Shown: positions 9,600 to 19,200 of the stretch, piece by piece
Position numbering within the stretch: position 1 is the first letter of the stretch
Layout of the letters: each line of letters opens with the position of its first letter
The notes under the pieces: model-generated
What the model was told of the DNA's origin: nothing
What the model saw: only the letters and a program-made list of their open reading frames with translations
The model's database searches: none
Program-made: the position numbers and the translations under genes
DNA from: an uncultured Gemmatimonadales bacterium
GTDB lineage: Bacteria > Gemmatimonadota > Gemmatimonadetes > Gemmatimonadales > GWC2-71-9
DNA: 64,000 nucleotides
Direction of reading: 5' to 3'
Assembly (NCBI GenBank): GCA_963795085.1
Contig: CAWCFX010000006.1
Location: 448,001 to 512,000 of the forward strand

Positions 9600-11116
9600 A
9601 TGCACACCGCCCATCGGAGACGCCCCTGACTCTTCGCGCCTGGTCCACCCGCCTCCTGCGCCAGCTCCGCGGCACCAATCCCTTCGTCGGAGCTTGGACG
9701 CCGACCCGCGTCCCCCTGTTCCGGTTCGGCCGGCCCAGCCTGCCGTTTCCCCACCCGGGAAACTACCGGGAGCCGCTCCGCATTCTCGACACCTTCTTCT
9801 GGGACGCCGAGCGGGAACCCGGGTCAGGAAAGCACAACCGCTACCTCGTCGTGCCCGGCCTCCCCTGGGTGATCGTCACCCGCGAACCGGCGGTGATCCG
9901 GGCGGTGCTCTCCGCCACCGGGGATAAGCCGGGGCAGTTCGACCGGGACACGGCGCCAACCGCGGGGATCGCCCGCGCCACCGGCAAGGATTCCCTGCTC
10001 TATGCCAACGGGCCTCTCTGGCGGCGGCAGAAACAGCTGGCCGCGCCCTCCTTCAGCCGGTCCAACCTGTTCCAGCCGGAAAAGTTCCACGATTTCGAAC
10101 AGACCTTCCGGAAGACGGTGGCCACCCGCCTGGACGTGCTGCGGTCCCGCCAGCAGGCCACCGGGCAGCGGACCACCCGGATCGCACTGGAGGCGGAGAT
10201 CGCGGCGGTGATGCTCGAGATGCTGGTCAACAACTTCTTCGGCGGCAGCGTCCCCTACGAGGACCTTCGCGAGCGGTACGTTCCCTCGCTGACCCGGTGC
10301 ATTGACGCCATGGTCCGGGACACGGTCGCCCGCCGGGTGCGCATCCCCTTCGATTACCTCACCGGGCGCACCCGGTCGCTGGCCCGCGCCCGCGACGATT
10401 TCGAAGCGCTGACTGATATCGCGCTGTCCGGTCGGGCCGAGGGACGGGGGCTCTGGGCCGAGTTCAAGTCGGAGGCATCCGATGAGGCGCTCCGCAGCAA
10501 CATCCGGGTGTTCCTGGCCGGCGCGCTGGAAGCGACCACCTCCTTTGCCAGCTGGACCCTGTCCCACCTTTCGCGGGCCCCCGAGGTGCAGGACCGGGTG
10601 TATGAAGAAGTGAAGGGGATCGACGTGTATGACCCGGAGAACCTGGAACAGGCGGTGACCCTCAACCGGGTGCTGGAAGAGACCCTGCGGCTCACCCCCT
10701 CGCTCTACTTCCTCCCCCGCTGGACCACCGCGGATACCTGGATCGAGGCAGCCGACGGCCGCCGGATGTTCATCCCGGTGCACACGCACGTGGTCCTCGA
10801 CGTGTGGCACGCCAACCGGTGCGAGGACTTCTGGGGCCAGGCCCTCACCGGGTATCCGGCGGAGACTTTTGCCCCCGACCGGTGGGAGGTGCTTGCCAAC
10901 CAGGGGAAATCCGCCAAGGACATTCTGCACTTCGGCTTCGGGCACGGGCCCCGGGTATGTCCCGGCAAGTTCCTCGGTCTCCTGGAAGTCGGTCTCGTCG
11001 TGGGCGCCTTCGTGAAGATCTTCCGGTTCACGGCGGTGAACCCGGAGACCCCGTCCCGCGCCGGGGTCTCCACCAAGCCGGCCGATGGGACGCTGGTGGA
11101 CCTGGAGCTGCGATAG
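9600..11116 (+). CDS. Cytochrome P450 (probable 1-nt frameshift just after the ATG at 9600)
   Basis: I-helix FLAGALEATT, ETLR, FAPDRW, heme motif FGFGHGPRVCPG; main frame is open from 9509 with no ATG/GTG until 9851. Confidence 0.85.
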
Positions 11117-11141
11117 GCTGACGACCCCGGGCAGGCGCGGC

Positions 11142-12482
11142 TCACCGCGCGGTGACGCCCCAGAGCCTCGCAATGCGGCGCCGGATGGGATTGTTCACAC
11201 CGCTGATGTTCGAGAGGACCACCACGATCACGCCGCTCGGCTCGAGTATTTCGAGATCGGCGTCGGTGCCGGGAAGGTCTCCGGCATGTCCCCAGATCCG
11301 GGGCGATCGCCAGAGCATGATGCCGTATCCATATGGCGTGCTGGACGTGTTGTGCGAGGTGCGCATCGAGTCGATCACCGGCGTCGGTAGCAGCGAGCCG
11401 TCGCGGAGGGCCTCGCCCACGCGCGCCAGGTCGTGGGCGGTCGAGAAGAGCGCGCCGGCGGTGTTGCCGGGCAGCGTGTGCAGCAGCGGATTGGCGACCA
11501 GCACCGGCCCGCTGTCGGTGAACTGCGGCACGTATCCCATCGCCAGGTAGTCGACCGGCCGGGTCAGCACGGGCCGCCCGGTGTGCGCCATCCCGGCCGC
11601 CCGGAAGATGTGTTCCGCGAAGTAGTCCTCCCAGCGCTCGCCGCTTGCCCGTTCGAGGATCTCGCCGAGCAGCACGAAATCGAGGTTCGAGTAGAAGAAG
11701 GTCGTGCCCGGCGCCGTGGCCAGGGCGGTGCGCGAGTCGTGGATCCCCGAGGTGTGGGACAGCACCTGGCCCAGCCTGACGCCGCGCAGCGCCGGCCCGA
11801 TGCCCGAGTCGGGATAGAACGTTCCAAGAGTATCGTCGAGGGAGAGGACACGCCGGGCCACCAGCTGCATGATCGACGCGGCGGTGAAGAGCTTTCCCAC
11901 CGAGGCAATGTTGATCCGGGAGTCGAGCCCGATCGGCCTGCCGTCAGGCCTCCGTTCGACGCCCGCAGAATCGGCGAACAGGGTGCGGCCGTTCCGGCGA
12001 ACGAGCACCGCGCCGGAGAACACCCCTGCTTCCCGCAGCCTGCTCAGGTATCGGCGCAGCGCGGCCGTGCGGGCCGCATCGCTGACGGTGTCCGCGGCGG
12101 CCACCGGCACCCGCACCCCGGTCCACACGCCTAGCCCCTGCACCCGCGGCCCCTCGAAGCGGAACGTCAGCGAATCGGTTTCCTGTGACAGCGTGTTGGC
12201 GGCCAGCACATAGGCCGAGGTGGGGGAGTCACCGCAGACGGCGGCGACCATCCAGCCCCGGCTCTTCCAGTACTCCACCCCCAGTTGCAAGAGTGTCCGC
12301 GACAGCACACCGGCGGAGGTGTCGGCGCCGAGCCAGTGGGTCCGGGCCGCGGTTCGGATCGCCTGGGGGTCACCGGTGTTCGTCGCGGCGATCAGCTGGT
12401 GAATCGCGGCCTCTTGCCCCGGGGTCGGCGGGGCACAGGGGTTCCGGATGGTGACCAGCGCGATCAGCAGGATAGTGTGCAT
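11142..12482 (-). CDS. Serine hydrolase, beta-lactamase class C-like
   Basis: SxxK (ASVGK), LSHTSG, YSN and HAG motifs. Confidence 0.9.
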   Translation of the reverse strand: MHTILLIALVTIRNPCAPPTPGQEAAIHQLIAATNTGDPQAIRTAARTHWLGADTSAGVLSRTLLQLGVEYWKSRGWMVAAVCGDSPTSAYVLAANTLSQETDSLTFRFEGPRVQGLGVWTGVRVPVAAADTVSDAARTAALRRYLSRLREAGVFSGAVLVRRNGRTLFADSAGVERRPDGRPIGLDSRINIASVGKLFTAASIMQLVARRVLSLDDTLGTFYPDSGIGPALRGVRLGQVLSHTSGIHDSRTALATAPGTTFFYSNLDFVLLGEILERASGERWEDYFAEHIFRAAGMAHTGRPVLTRPVDYLAMGYVPQFTDSGPVLVANPLLHTLPGNTAGALFSTAHDLARVGEALRDGSLLPTPVIDSMRTSHNTSSTPYGYGIMLWRSPRIWGHAGDLPGTDADLEILEPSGVIVVVLSNISGVNNPIRRRIARLWGVTAR

Positions 12483-12544
12483 GTCGGGCCCTTGAGTGGA
12501 TGGAGATCGGAGTCAGTCAGGGCGCAACATACCCGCTGGCGATT

Positions 12545-13339
12545 CTATGATCTTGTAATTTTCTGCCCTTGTACGTAGGCGCCCGGGGTCTGGCCCACGA
12601 AGGTGGTGAACTGGTGGGTGAGGTGGCTCTGGTCGGCGAATCCCGTTTCGGCGGCCACCGTCGCGACTGGCCGGCGGGAACGGAGGAGCTGTTTGGCGCG
12701 GGCGATCCGGTGCTGAACCTGGTATGCGTGCGGTGGGAGGCCGTAGTGCGAGGAGAAGCTCCGCGCCAGGTGGGCGGCACTTACCCCGACGGAGCGCGCC
12801 ATCACGGGCCAGCGCAGCCGCTCGTGGCAGCGCTCCCGCAGGGTGTGCGCCACGGCGCGGAGTTCGTCGCGTATGGAATGGGTCGTTGGCTGGCGCGGGA
12901 TCGCGTCGAGGACGGAGGAGAGCACCGCCACCGCGTCCCCAGTGAGGGCCGGTGAGGCGGCCGCCTCCAGCAGATGGTGCAGCTCGAGCAGGCGACGCGC
13001 CAGCATCCGGTGGTGCAGCACGTGATCGCGCAGCCGCCGGGGGTCGGAGCAGCGCGCCCGGTCCGCCTGGAGGTAGAATCCGCGGTAGCACACGCCGCCG
13101 GCGCCGATCGGCGCGTTCCGGTGAGCGCACTCCGGCTCGAACACAACGATCGAGCCCGCCTGCGCCAGCTGTTCAGTACCTCGGGCCGATACCGTTTCCG
13201 CCCCGTCCACGATGACGGCCACGACGATCTCCGCGTGGAAATGCAGGGGGAACGAGTGCCTGACCCTGCAGTGGGACAATTCCAGGCTGGAGTCGTGCGA
13301 CCATATGCGAGCGGCATGCGCGGAGGGTGGGCGGTACAC
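12545..13339 (-). CDS. AraC-family transcriptional regulator (cupin plus HTH)
   Basis: FPLHFH cupin, GLPPHAYQ, GFADQSHLT; GTG at 13339 preceded by GGAG. Confidence 0.88.
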   Translation of the reverse strand: MYRPPSAHAARIWSHDSSLELSHCRVRHSFPLHFHAEIVVAVIVDGAETVSARGTEQLAQAGSIVVFEPECAHRNAPIGAGGVCYRGFYLQADRARCSDPRRLRDHVLHHRMLARRLLELHHLLEAAASPALTGDAVAVLSSVLDAIPRQPTTHSIRDELRAVAHTLRERCHERLRWPVMARSVGVSAAHLARSFSSHYGLPPHAYQVQHRIARAKQLLRSRRPVATVAAETGFADQSHLTHQFTTFVGQTPGAYVQGQKITRS

Positions 13340-13486
13340 TAGGACTCCGGTAGAGGATGAACGTTCGATAGTGCCGGCAGCCGGATGGTTGCGGCCGAAG
13401 GTCGGAAACGTTCCCCCATGCGCCGCCGTCTTGATACGGTGCGCCACTCGCTGGCCAGGGTCCCGCCAACCTTGGAGCATGTGGCC

Positions 13487-13705
13487 GTGCCCAAAGGGAA
13501 TCGCGGCGGCTGGAAAACCTGTTCTCGCGGCCACAAGTACCGTGGCCCCGGCGGTTGCCCCACCTGATGGAAAGGCACCCGGCGCACCTTCGTGCGCCGC
13601 GCCGGCCCAAGCGGCAATCTCCGCCCAGGGACGCGTGACGCGCTCGCCCGTCCAGGGGATGCTCTGCGCACCCGGCCGCCGGTGCCCAGTATCTTTTCCG
13701 CATGA
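13487..13705 (+). CDS. Candidate micro zinc-finger protein with in-frame UGA at 13565-13567 (26 aa if UGA is stop, 72 aa if read through)
   Basis: GGAG at 13474, GTG start; MPKGNRGGWKTCSRGHKYRGPGGCPT-UGA-WKG...; next stop overlaps the 13702 ATG (ATGA). Confidence 0.45.
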
Positions 13706-14226
13706 CCCAACCCCGCATCGTGATCGTGACGGGCGCCTCAGGCGCCGGGAAGACCACCCTGGTGCAGGCGCTCGACCAGCGCCGGCTGGATGGCGTCCTT
13801 TGCTACTACTTCGACTCGATCGGAGTTCCCGCTTCCGGGGAGATGACGGCCCGCTTCGGGTCGCCCGGCGCGTGGCAGGAAGCCATGACCCGTCAGTGGA
13901 TCGGCCGGCTGGTGGCCAATGCGGACGGGGCCAGGGTGACCATCCTCGACGGACAGGTACGCCCCTCGTTCGTGCGTTCGGCGATGGCCGAGGCGGGAGT
14001 GCACCGGGGGCAGGTAGTCCTGGTGGATTGCGCGCACGAGGTGCGCGACCGCCGCCTCCACGGTGCGAGGAACCAGCCCGAGCTGGCCTCGCGCGACATG
14101 GCCGCCTGGGCGGCGTACCTCCGCGGGCAGGCGGATGCCCTGGGGCTGCCGATCGTGGACACCACGACCGCCAGCATCGCGGAGGCCGCTGAGGCCCTGT
14201 ACCAGTGCGTCACGGCTGTCGGCTGA
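13702..14226 (+). CDS. P-loop NTPase / nucleoside-kinase-like protein
   Basis: Walker A GASGAGKTT; ILDG Walker B. Confidence 0.8.
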   Translation: MTQPRIVIVTGASGAGKTTLVQALDQRRLDGVLCYYFDSIGVPASGEMTARFGSPGAWQEAMTRQWIGRLVANADGARVTILDGQVRPSFVRSAMAEAGVHRGQVVLVDCAHEVRDRRLHGARNQPELASRDMAAWAAYLRGQADALGLPIVDTTTASIAEAAEALYQCVTAVG

Positions 14227-14343
14227 CCACCCGCAGCGAACGTCGAACAGGACTGACCCCCGGGAACCGATTCTGTTGAGGCCCAGCGGTCGGGGCGATC
14301 CGGCCCCGCGCCCAGGTGCTCCAGCCTGGCGGACCCAAGGGGA

Positions 14344-14604
14344 CTACGCTTTTGCCTTGCCCGACATCCCCTCGGCTATGCCGATCAGCAGCACCGCGGC
14401 GACGATAGCCACGATCGAGCCCAGGACGTTGAGTTCCATTATGTCGCCGGTGCCGAGCAGGCCGGCCACGACGCCCCCGATGATCGAGCCCACCACCCCG
14501 AGCAGGAGGGTGGCGAGGAGGCTCAGGTTCTGCCGGCCCGGCTTGATGAGGCGGGCGAGAGCGCCGACGACCAGGCCGAAGACGAGAAAGCCGATAATGC
14601 CCAT
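14344..14604 (-). CDS. GlsB/YeaQ/YmgE-family stress-response membrane protein
   Basis: GLVVGALARLIKPG...LLGVVGSIIGG pattern. Confidence 0.9.
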   Translation of the reverse strand: MGIIGFLVFGLVVGALARLIKPGRQNLSLLATLLLGVVGSIIGGVVAGLLGTGDIMELNVLGSIVAIVAAVLLIGIAEGMSGKAKA

Positions 14605-14851
14605 GATGAGACTCCCAGCTTGCGAGTGATGCCGCTCCTCTGTGCGACAGAGGTCGAAAGGGCAACGTAACCCCGGGAAAACCTGCCCGCCATGTCCTGC
14701 CGGCGGTGTGGGACTGAGGGGACGGCGCTCGGTCGGGCGGGTTGGCTGGATGCGCGGGTCAGGCCGCTCCCCTTCCGGGATGGCTCCTGATAGTGTATAT
14801 TCCCCGTTGCGACAGTCGCGCCGTTGGCGCGATGCTATTCCAAGGAGCTGC

Positions 14852-14890
14852 AAGGGTCCCGGAAGTCACGCCGGGGCCCTTTCTGTTTCT
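14852..14890 (+). terminator. Terminator-like hairpin in the leader of the cold-shock gene
   Basis: AAGGGTCCCGG/CCGGGGCCCTT stem followed by TCTGTTTCT. Confidence 0.45.
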
Positions 14891-14994
14891 CCCTAAGCGG
14901 CCGCAGCCCATCGTGAGGTACAGTCACGAGCCCTTGTAATCGGTCGGTACGGCTCTGCCCTCCCCCGGATACAGGAACACACCAAGGAGTAAGA

Positions 14995-15207
14995 ATGCGT
15001 ACCACCGGTACAGTAAAATGGTTCAACGACGCCAAAGGCTTCGGCTTCATCACCCCCGAGGGGGGAGAGAAGGACTGCTTCGTCCACCATTCGGCGATTC
15101 AGGCCGATGGCTTCAAGAGCCTGGCCGAGGGCGAGCGTGTCGAGTTCGACGTCGTCCAGGGCCAGAAGGGCCCCGCGGCAGAGAACGTCACGAAGGTCGC
15201 CGGCTAA
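14995..15207 (+). CDS. cspA: Cold-shock protein (CspA family)
   Basis: [43 protein letters not shown]. Confidence 0.97.
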   Translation: MRTTGTVKWFNDAKGFGFITPEGGEKDCFVHHSAIQADGFKSLAEGERVEFDVVQGQKGPAAENVTKVAG

Positions 15208-15277
15208 CCAGCAAGGCTTACGTGGCCTGCGGGTCCCAGGGCACATGGCAGCCTGGGTGATCAAACCTGCCACGACG

Positions 15278-15316
15278 ACGTCCCGGCCGAGCCTAGCTCG
15301 GCCGGGCGTTTTGTTC
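15278..15316 (+). terminator. Intrinsic terminator after the csp gene
   Basis: CCCGGCCGAGC/GCTCGGCCGGG stem followed by CGTTTTGTT. Confidence 0.75.
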
Positions 15317-15372
15317 TCCGTGATATGCGCCCTGCTTCGCCCGCTTTGCTGACACGGCTGGCTTACGGACAG

Positions 15373-15411
15373 CCTCACCCCCGCCCCCTCTCCACTTCGT
15401 GGAGAGGGGTG
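15373..15411. repeat. Isolated REP-like palindrome
   Basis: CCTCACCCCCG-CCCCTCTCCAC-TTC-GTGGAGAGGGG. Confidence 0.55.
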
Positions 15412-15520
15412 CCTGCTCCGCCAGGGACCGGAGGCCTACTTCTACCGCCCTGTTCGCCCTGAGCGTCCCCTTGCATTATGCTTCAGCACCCCCGCCCATC
15501 CGTACCGCACTGGAGTCCCG

Positions 15521-16075
15521 ATGCAGGCCCCGCTCAGCCACTCGTACCTGCGAGGGTTTTTCGACAACCTGAGCACCGGTGTGCTGATCGCCGATGATTC
15601 CGCCCGCTACGTGGACGCCAACCGGGTGGCGTGCGAGCTGCTCGGCCGGCCGCTGGCCAGTGTCGTGGGTCTGCATGTCAGCGACGTCGTCGCGCCCGGG
15701 CGGGCGGCCGAAGTGAACCTGCAGTGGCAGGCCTTTCTCCGGGACGGTTCGCAGAGTGGGATCTTCACCCTGGCCCTGGCCGACGGTTCCCCCCGGGAGA
15801 TCCAATTCGAAGCGCACGCCCATTTTCTGCCTGGTCTCCATTTCTCCATCATCCGGCCGATGACCGCGGCGCACCCGGACCCGGCACCCGGAACCGATGC
15901 AGGGCTGCTGACACTCTGCGCCTGGACCAAGCGGGTGTACTACAAGGGGGAGTGGATAACCATCGAGGATTACCTTCACCAGGGCCACGGCCTCCGGGTC
16001 ACCCATAGCATCAGCCCCCAGGCATTCTCGAAGGAACTGAGCGCCATGCGCTCGCCCCCGGATCCCCTGCCCTGA
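15521..16075 (+). CDS. PAS-domain protein with a C-terminal CAW/HxI(C/S)P-type motif
   Basis: PAS (YVDANRVACELLG); tail LLTLCAWTKRV...WITIEDYL...THSISP. Confidence 0.8.
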   Translation: MQAPLSHSYLRGFFDNLSTGVLIADDSARYVDANRVACELLGRPLASVVGLHVSDVVAPGRAAEVNLQWQAFLRDGSQSGIFTLALADGSPREIQFEAHAHFLPGLHFSIIRPMTAAHPDPAPGTDAGLLTLCAWTKRVYYKGEWITIEDYLHQGHGLRVTHSISPQAFSKELSAMRSPPDPLP

Positions 16076-16298
16076 TCCACGGTAGGTACGGGGCGCTGCG
16101 CCGACCTCCGGCCCTCGGCCTCCGGTTCCTCAACATTCAGCAACCGCCCCAACCCAGGCGTGCCCCGGCCGCTGGCTGTGGTTCGGCCATTTACCTGCTG
16201 CTCCCAAGGGCCTTTGTCCCGGCCTCCCGGCCTTCACAGCATCGCCTACATTTCCTGCCGGGTGCGTGGCCAGCGGACGACCGAACAGGAGAATCGTG

Positions 16299-16796
16299 AT
16301 GAGCGAAGCAAAGCATGTCCTGAGCGCCGCGCTGGTGGGCCTCGGCGCCACGGCGCTGATCGACCTGTGGTCGCTGATTCTCAAGCGCGGGTTCAATATC
16401 CCGTCGCTGAATTACTGCCTGCTGGGCCGCTGGATCCTGCACATGCCCGGCGGGACTTTGGTACACCGGAGCATCGCGGCGACTGCCCGGAAGCCGGGCG
16501 AGTGCGCCACCGGATGGGTGGCGCACTACGGCATCGGCACCGGCTTCGCCCTGCTGTTCGTACTCCTGGTCTCCGGCCGCTGGCTCGAGCGGCCGACGCT
16601 CTGGCCGGCCCTGGCCTTCGGCGTCGTCACCACCGCGGTCCCGTTTTTCATCATGCAGCCATCGCTGGGGATGGGCATTGCATCCTCCCGGGCTCCCAAT
16701 CCCACCCAGGCCCGGCTCAAGAGCCTGGCGACCCACACGATCTTCGGCCTGGGCCTGTATCTGGGGGCGCTGGTAGTGAGTCGGCTGATCTTCTAG
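16299..16796 (+). CDS. DUF2938-family membrane protein
   Basis: GATALIDLW, LNYCLLGRW, GWVAHY, PFFIMQPSLGMG, SLATHTIFG. Confidence 0.9.
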   Translation: MSEAKHVLSAALVGLGATALIDLWSLILKRGFNIPSLNYCLLGRWILHMPGGTLVHRSIAATARKPGECATGWVAHYGIGTGFALLFVLLVSGRWLERPTLWPALAFGVVTTAVPFFIMQPSLGMGIASSRAPNPTQARLKSLATHTIFGLGLYLGALVVSRLIF

Positions 16797-16799
16797 AAA

Positions 16800-16927
16800 C
16801 AGGGCGGGAGAACTGGGGCGGTAAAAGTGGGCGGTAGAACTCGGCGGGAGAAAGTAGGCGGGAGGAAATAGACGCCAAGAATCGGCGGGACAATGGGCAT
16901 CTTGTTAGCCAATCTTACCGCCCTGTC
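16800..16927. repeat. Degenerate GGCGG(T/G)A repeats with an inverted TACCGCCC copy between convergent genes
   Basis: About 6 degenerate GGCGG(T/G)A units, then cttaccgccctg. Confidence 0.65.
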
Positions 16928-16928
16928 C

Positions 16929-17748
16929 TCACGGCAGGTACGCCACGATCCGGAGCGGCCCGCCGCTGCCGCCCTTGATCTTCATCGGCAGGGCCACGAC
17001 GTAGCTGCCCGTCGCAGGAAGCCGCTCCAGGTGTGCGACGTTCTCGAAGCCGGGGATGTTCGCGCCATAGAGGATCACGTGGGCCCGGAAGTCGGTCGAT
17101 TGCCCGCGGTCCACGCTCGGCGTGTCGAGCCCGAAGGCCCGGGGCTTCCGGTTGGACACCAGCCACTCGGCCGCCTCGGCGCCGAGCGCCGGGAAGTGCA
17201 GCTGCGGACACTGCGGCGGGGCCGGTCGCGGCGGTGCCGAGATACGCCATCCGGTCGTGGTAGCGCTCGCCCCAGCCGGTGCGCAGCAGCACGATCGCCT
17301 GGTCGGGGATCCGGCCGTGGATGGCCTCCCACGCCGTGAAGTCCTCGACGGTCGCGAGATAGTCGGCGTCGGCTTTTGCCGAGACGTCGATCACCACCGC
17401 CGGGCCGATCAACGCGGTGAGCGGGATCTCGTCCGCGGCATCCTTCCCCTCGGCAAAGTGAATGGGCGCGTCGAGGTGCGTGCCGCCATGCTCGTTGGCG
17501 CTGTAGCGGAAGGAGGAGTAGAAGAAGCCCGCCGGGGTCGGCCCGTACGCCACGGTATCGTGGCGGAAGCCGGCGGTGTCGGTCGGCCAGTAGATGGTGG
17601 AATCGGAGAACGACCAGGTGAGGTCCACCCATCGTCCGGAGCCACCGAAGACGTCGGCGACCCCGCGGCCCGGCTCCGCCCCGGGGGCGCAGCCGAGACA
17701 GGCCATCGTGGCGAGAATGATGGAAGCGGGCAGGCGGTGGATCGGCAT
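16929..17748 (-). pseudogene. Cyclase-family (kynurenine formamidase-like) protein with a +1 frameshift near 17208
   Basis: EHGGTHLDAPIHF in one frame; HFPALG...GLDTPSVD...ENVAHL...LPMKIKGGSGGPLR in another. Confidence 0.85.
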
Positions 17749-17776
17749 CGGACAACTCCGGTGAGAGGAAGCCTTG

Positions 17777-17903
17777 ACGGTGAACGGTGAACGGTGAACG
17801 GTGAACGGGACCGGAGTTGAGAGCAGTCCGAAGTCCTCAGTCCTCAGTAGCCTCAGTACTCAGCACTCAGCACTCTGCACTCTGCACTCTGCCCTCAGTA
17901 CTC
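17777..17903. repeat. Heptamer tandem repeats (ACGGTGA x4.5; CTCAGYA/CTCTGCA-type run)
   Basis: Read directly from the intergenic sequence. Confidence 0.85.
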
Positions 17904-17966
17904 CGTGTGGAATGCGATTACATTCGACGTCGCGGCTCTTCCACTTGCGCCGGAGTGCACCGTCGC

Positions 17967-18554
17967 ATGACCCTGGTCATCATTTTCGGCCCGCCCGCCG
18001 TAGGCAAGATGACCGTCGGCCTCGAGCTGGAGCGCCTGACAGGCCTGCGGCTGTTCCACAACCACTTGACGGTGGACCCGGTGCTGCGGTTCTTTCCCTT
18101 CGGGTCGCCGCCGTACAGCCGGCTGGTCGGGGAGTTTCGCCGGCGGCTCTTCGAAGAGGTGGCCGCCAGCGACCTGCCGGGGCTGATCTTTACCTACGTG
18201 TGGGCCCTCGATGATCCCCGGGACCGGGCGGCGATTGACGATCTGACGGCGGTCTTCGCGACCCGGGGCGCCCCGGTCCACTACGTCGAGTTGCAGGCGG
18301 CCCGGGACGTGCGCCTCCACCGCAACGAGACCCCGCTGCGCCTGGCCGAGAAGAAGCCCAAGCGGGACATCGCGCGGTCCCGGGCCCACCTGCTCGAGAC
18401 CGACGCGCGCTACCAGCTCAACACCCGTGGCAGGTTCTTCTATCCCGACCAGCATCTCATGGTCGACAACACCGACCTTGCCCCCGACGCGGTGGCGCGG
18501 ATGGTCATCGCCCGCTTCGGCCTGGCCGGGCAATCCCGCCCGGGCTTCGATTGA
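17967..18554 (+). CDS. P-loop (shikimate-kinase-like / AAA family) protein
   Basis: FGPPAVGKMTVG, LFHNH, IFTYVWA. Confidence 0.85.
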   Translation: MTLVIIFGPPAVGKMTVGLELERLTGLRLFHNHLTVDPVLRFFPFGSPPYSRLVGEFRRRLFEEVAASDLPGLIFTYVWALDDPRDRAAIDDLTAVFATRGAPVHYVELQAARDVRLHRNETPLRLAEKKPKRDIARSRAHLLETDARYQLNTRGRFFYPDQHLMVDNTDLAPDAVARMVIARFGLAGQSRPGFD

Positions 18555-18600
18555 GCCGGTCATCGGCCCGGCGCCAGCACTATGTCCTCGGCAATCGGCA

Positions 18601-19200
18601 ATGACCATCAATCCCTTCCCCGAGCTCGAGACCCTTGTTGCGCGAGACGCGGAGCTGCGGACGCGCCTGGCGGAGAGTGGCGAGCTGTTCGGGCACTATC
18701 ACCCGGCGGTGGCCGAGCTGCACCGGGAGAATGCCCGGCGGCTCCGGGAGATCCTGGCGGACCATGGCTGGCCCGACCGGGCGCGCCATGGTGAGGCAGC
18801 GGTGGAAGCGGCCTGGCTCATCGTGCAGCACGCCATCGGGGAGCCGGAGTTCCAGCGCTCCATGCTCCCGCTGCTCGAGGAGCAGGCCCGGCTCGGCCGG
18901 ATCCGGCCGGCGCTGGTCGCGATGCTGGAGGACCGGATCCGGGCCTTCGAGGGCCGGCCCCAACTCTACGGGACCCAGATGGACTGGGACGAGCGCGGTG
19001 AGCTGTCGCCCTGGCCGGCGGTGGGTGACCCGGAGGATGTAGACCGGCGGCGGGCTTCGGTGGGACTGCCGCCGCTGGCGGAGAATATCCGGCGGCTCCG
19101 GGACGAGGCCCGGCAGTCGGGGGAACGGCCGCCGGCGGACCTCGCGGGGTATCGCGAGGCCGCCCAGGCCTGGGCCCGCTCGGTGGGATGGCACTCATGA
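18601..19200 (+). CDS. DUF6624-like protein
   Basis: NARRLREIL..HGWP, AAWLIVQHA, DRIRAFEGRPQLYGTQ, RRASVGLPPL. Confidence 0.85.
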   Translation: MTINPFPELETLVARDAELRTRLAESGELFGHYHPAVAELHRENARRLREILADHGWPDRARHGEAAVEAAWLIVQHAIGEPEFQRSMLPLLEEQARLGRIRPALVAMLEDRIRAFEGRPQLYGTQMDWDERGELSPWPAVGDPEDVDRRRASVGLPPLAENIRRLRDEARQSGERPPADLAGYREAAQAWARSVGWHS

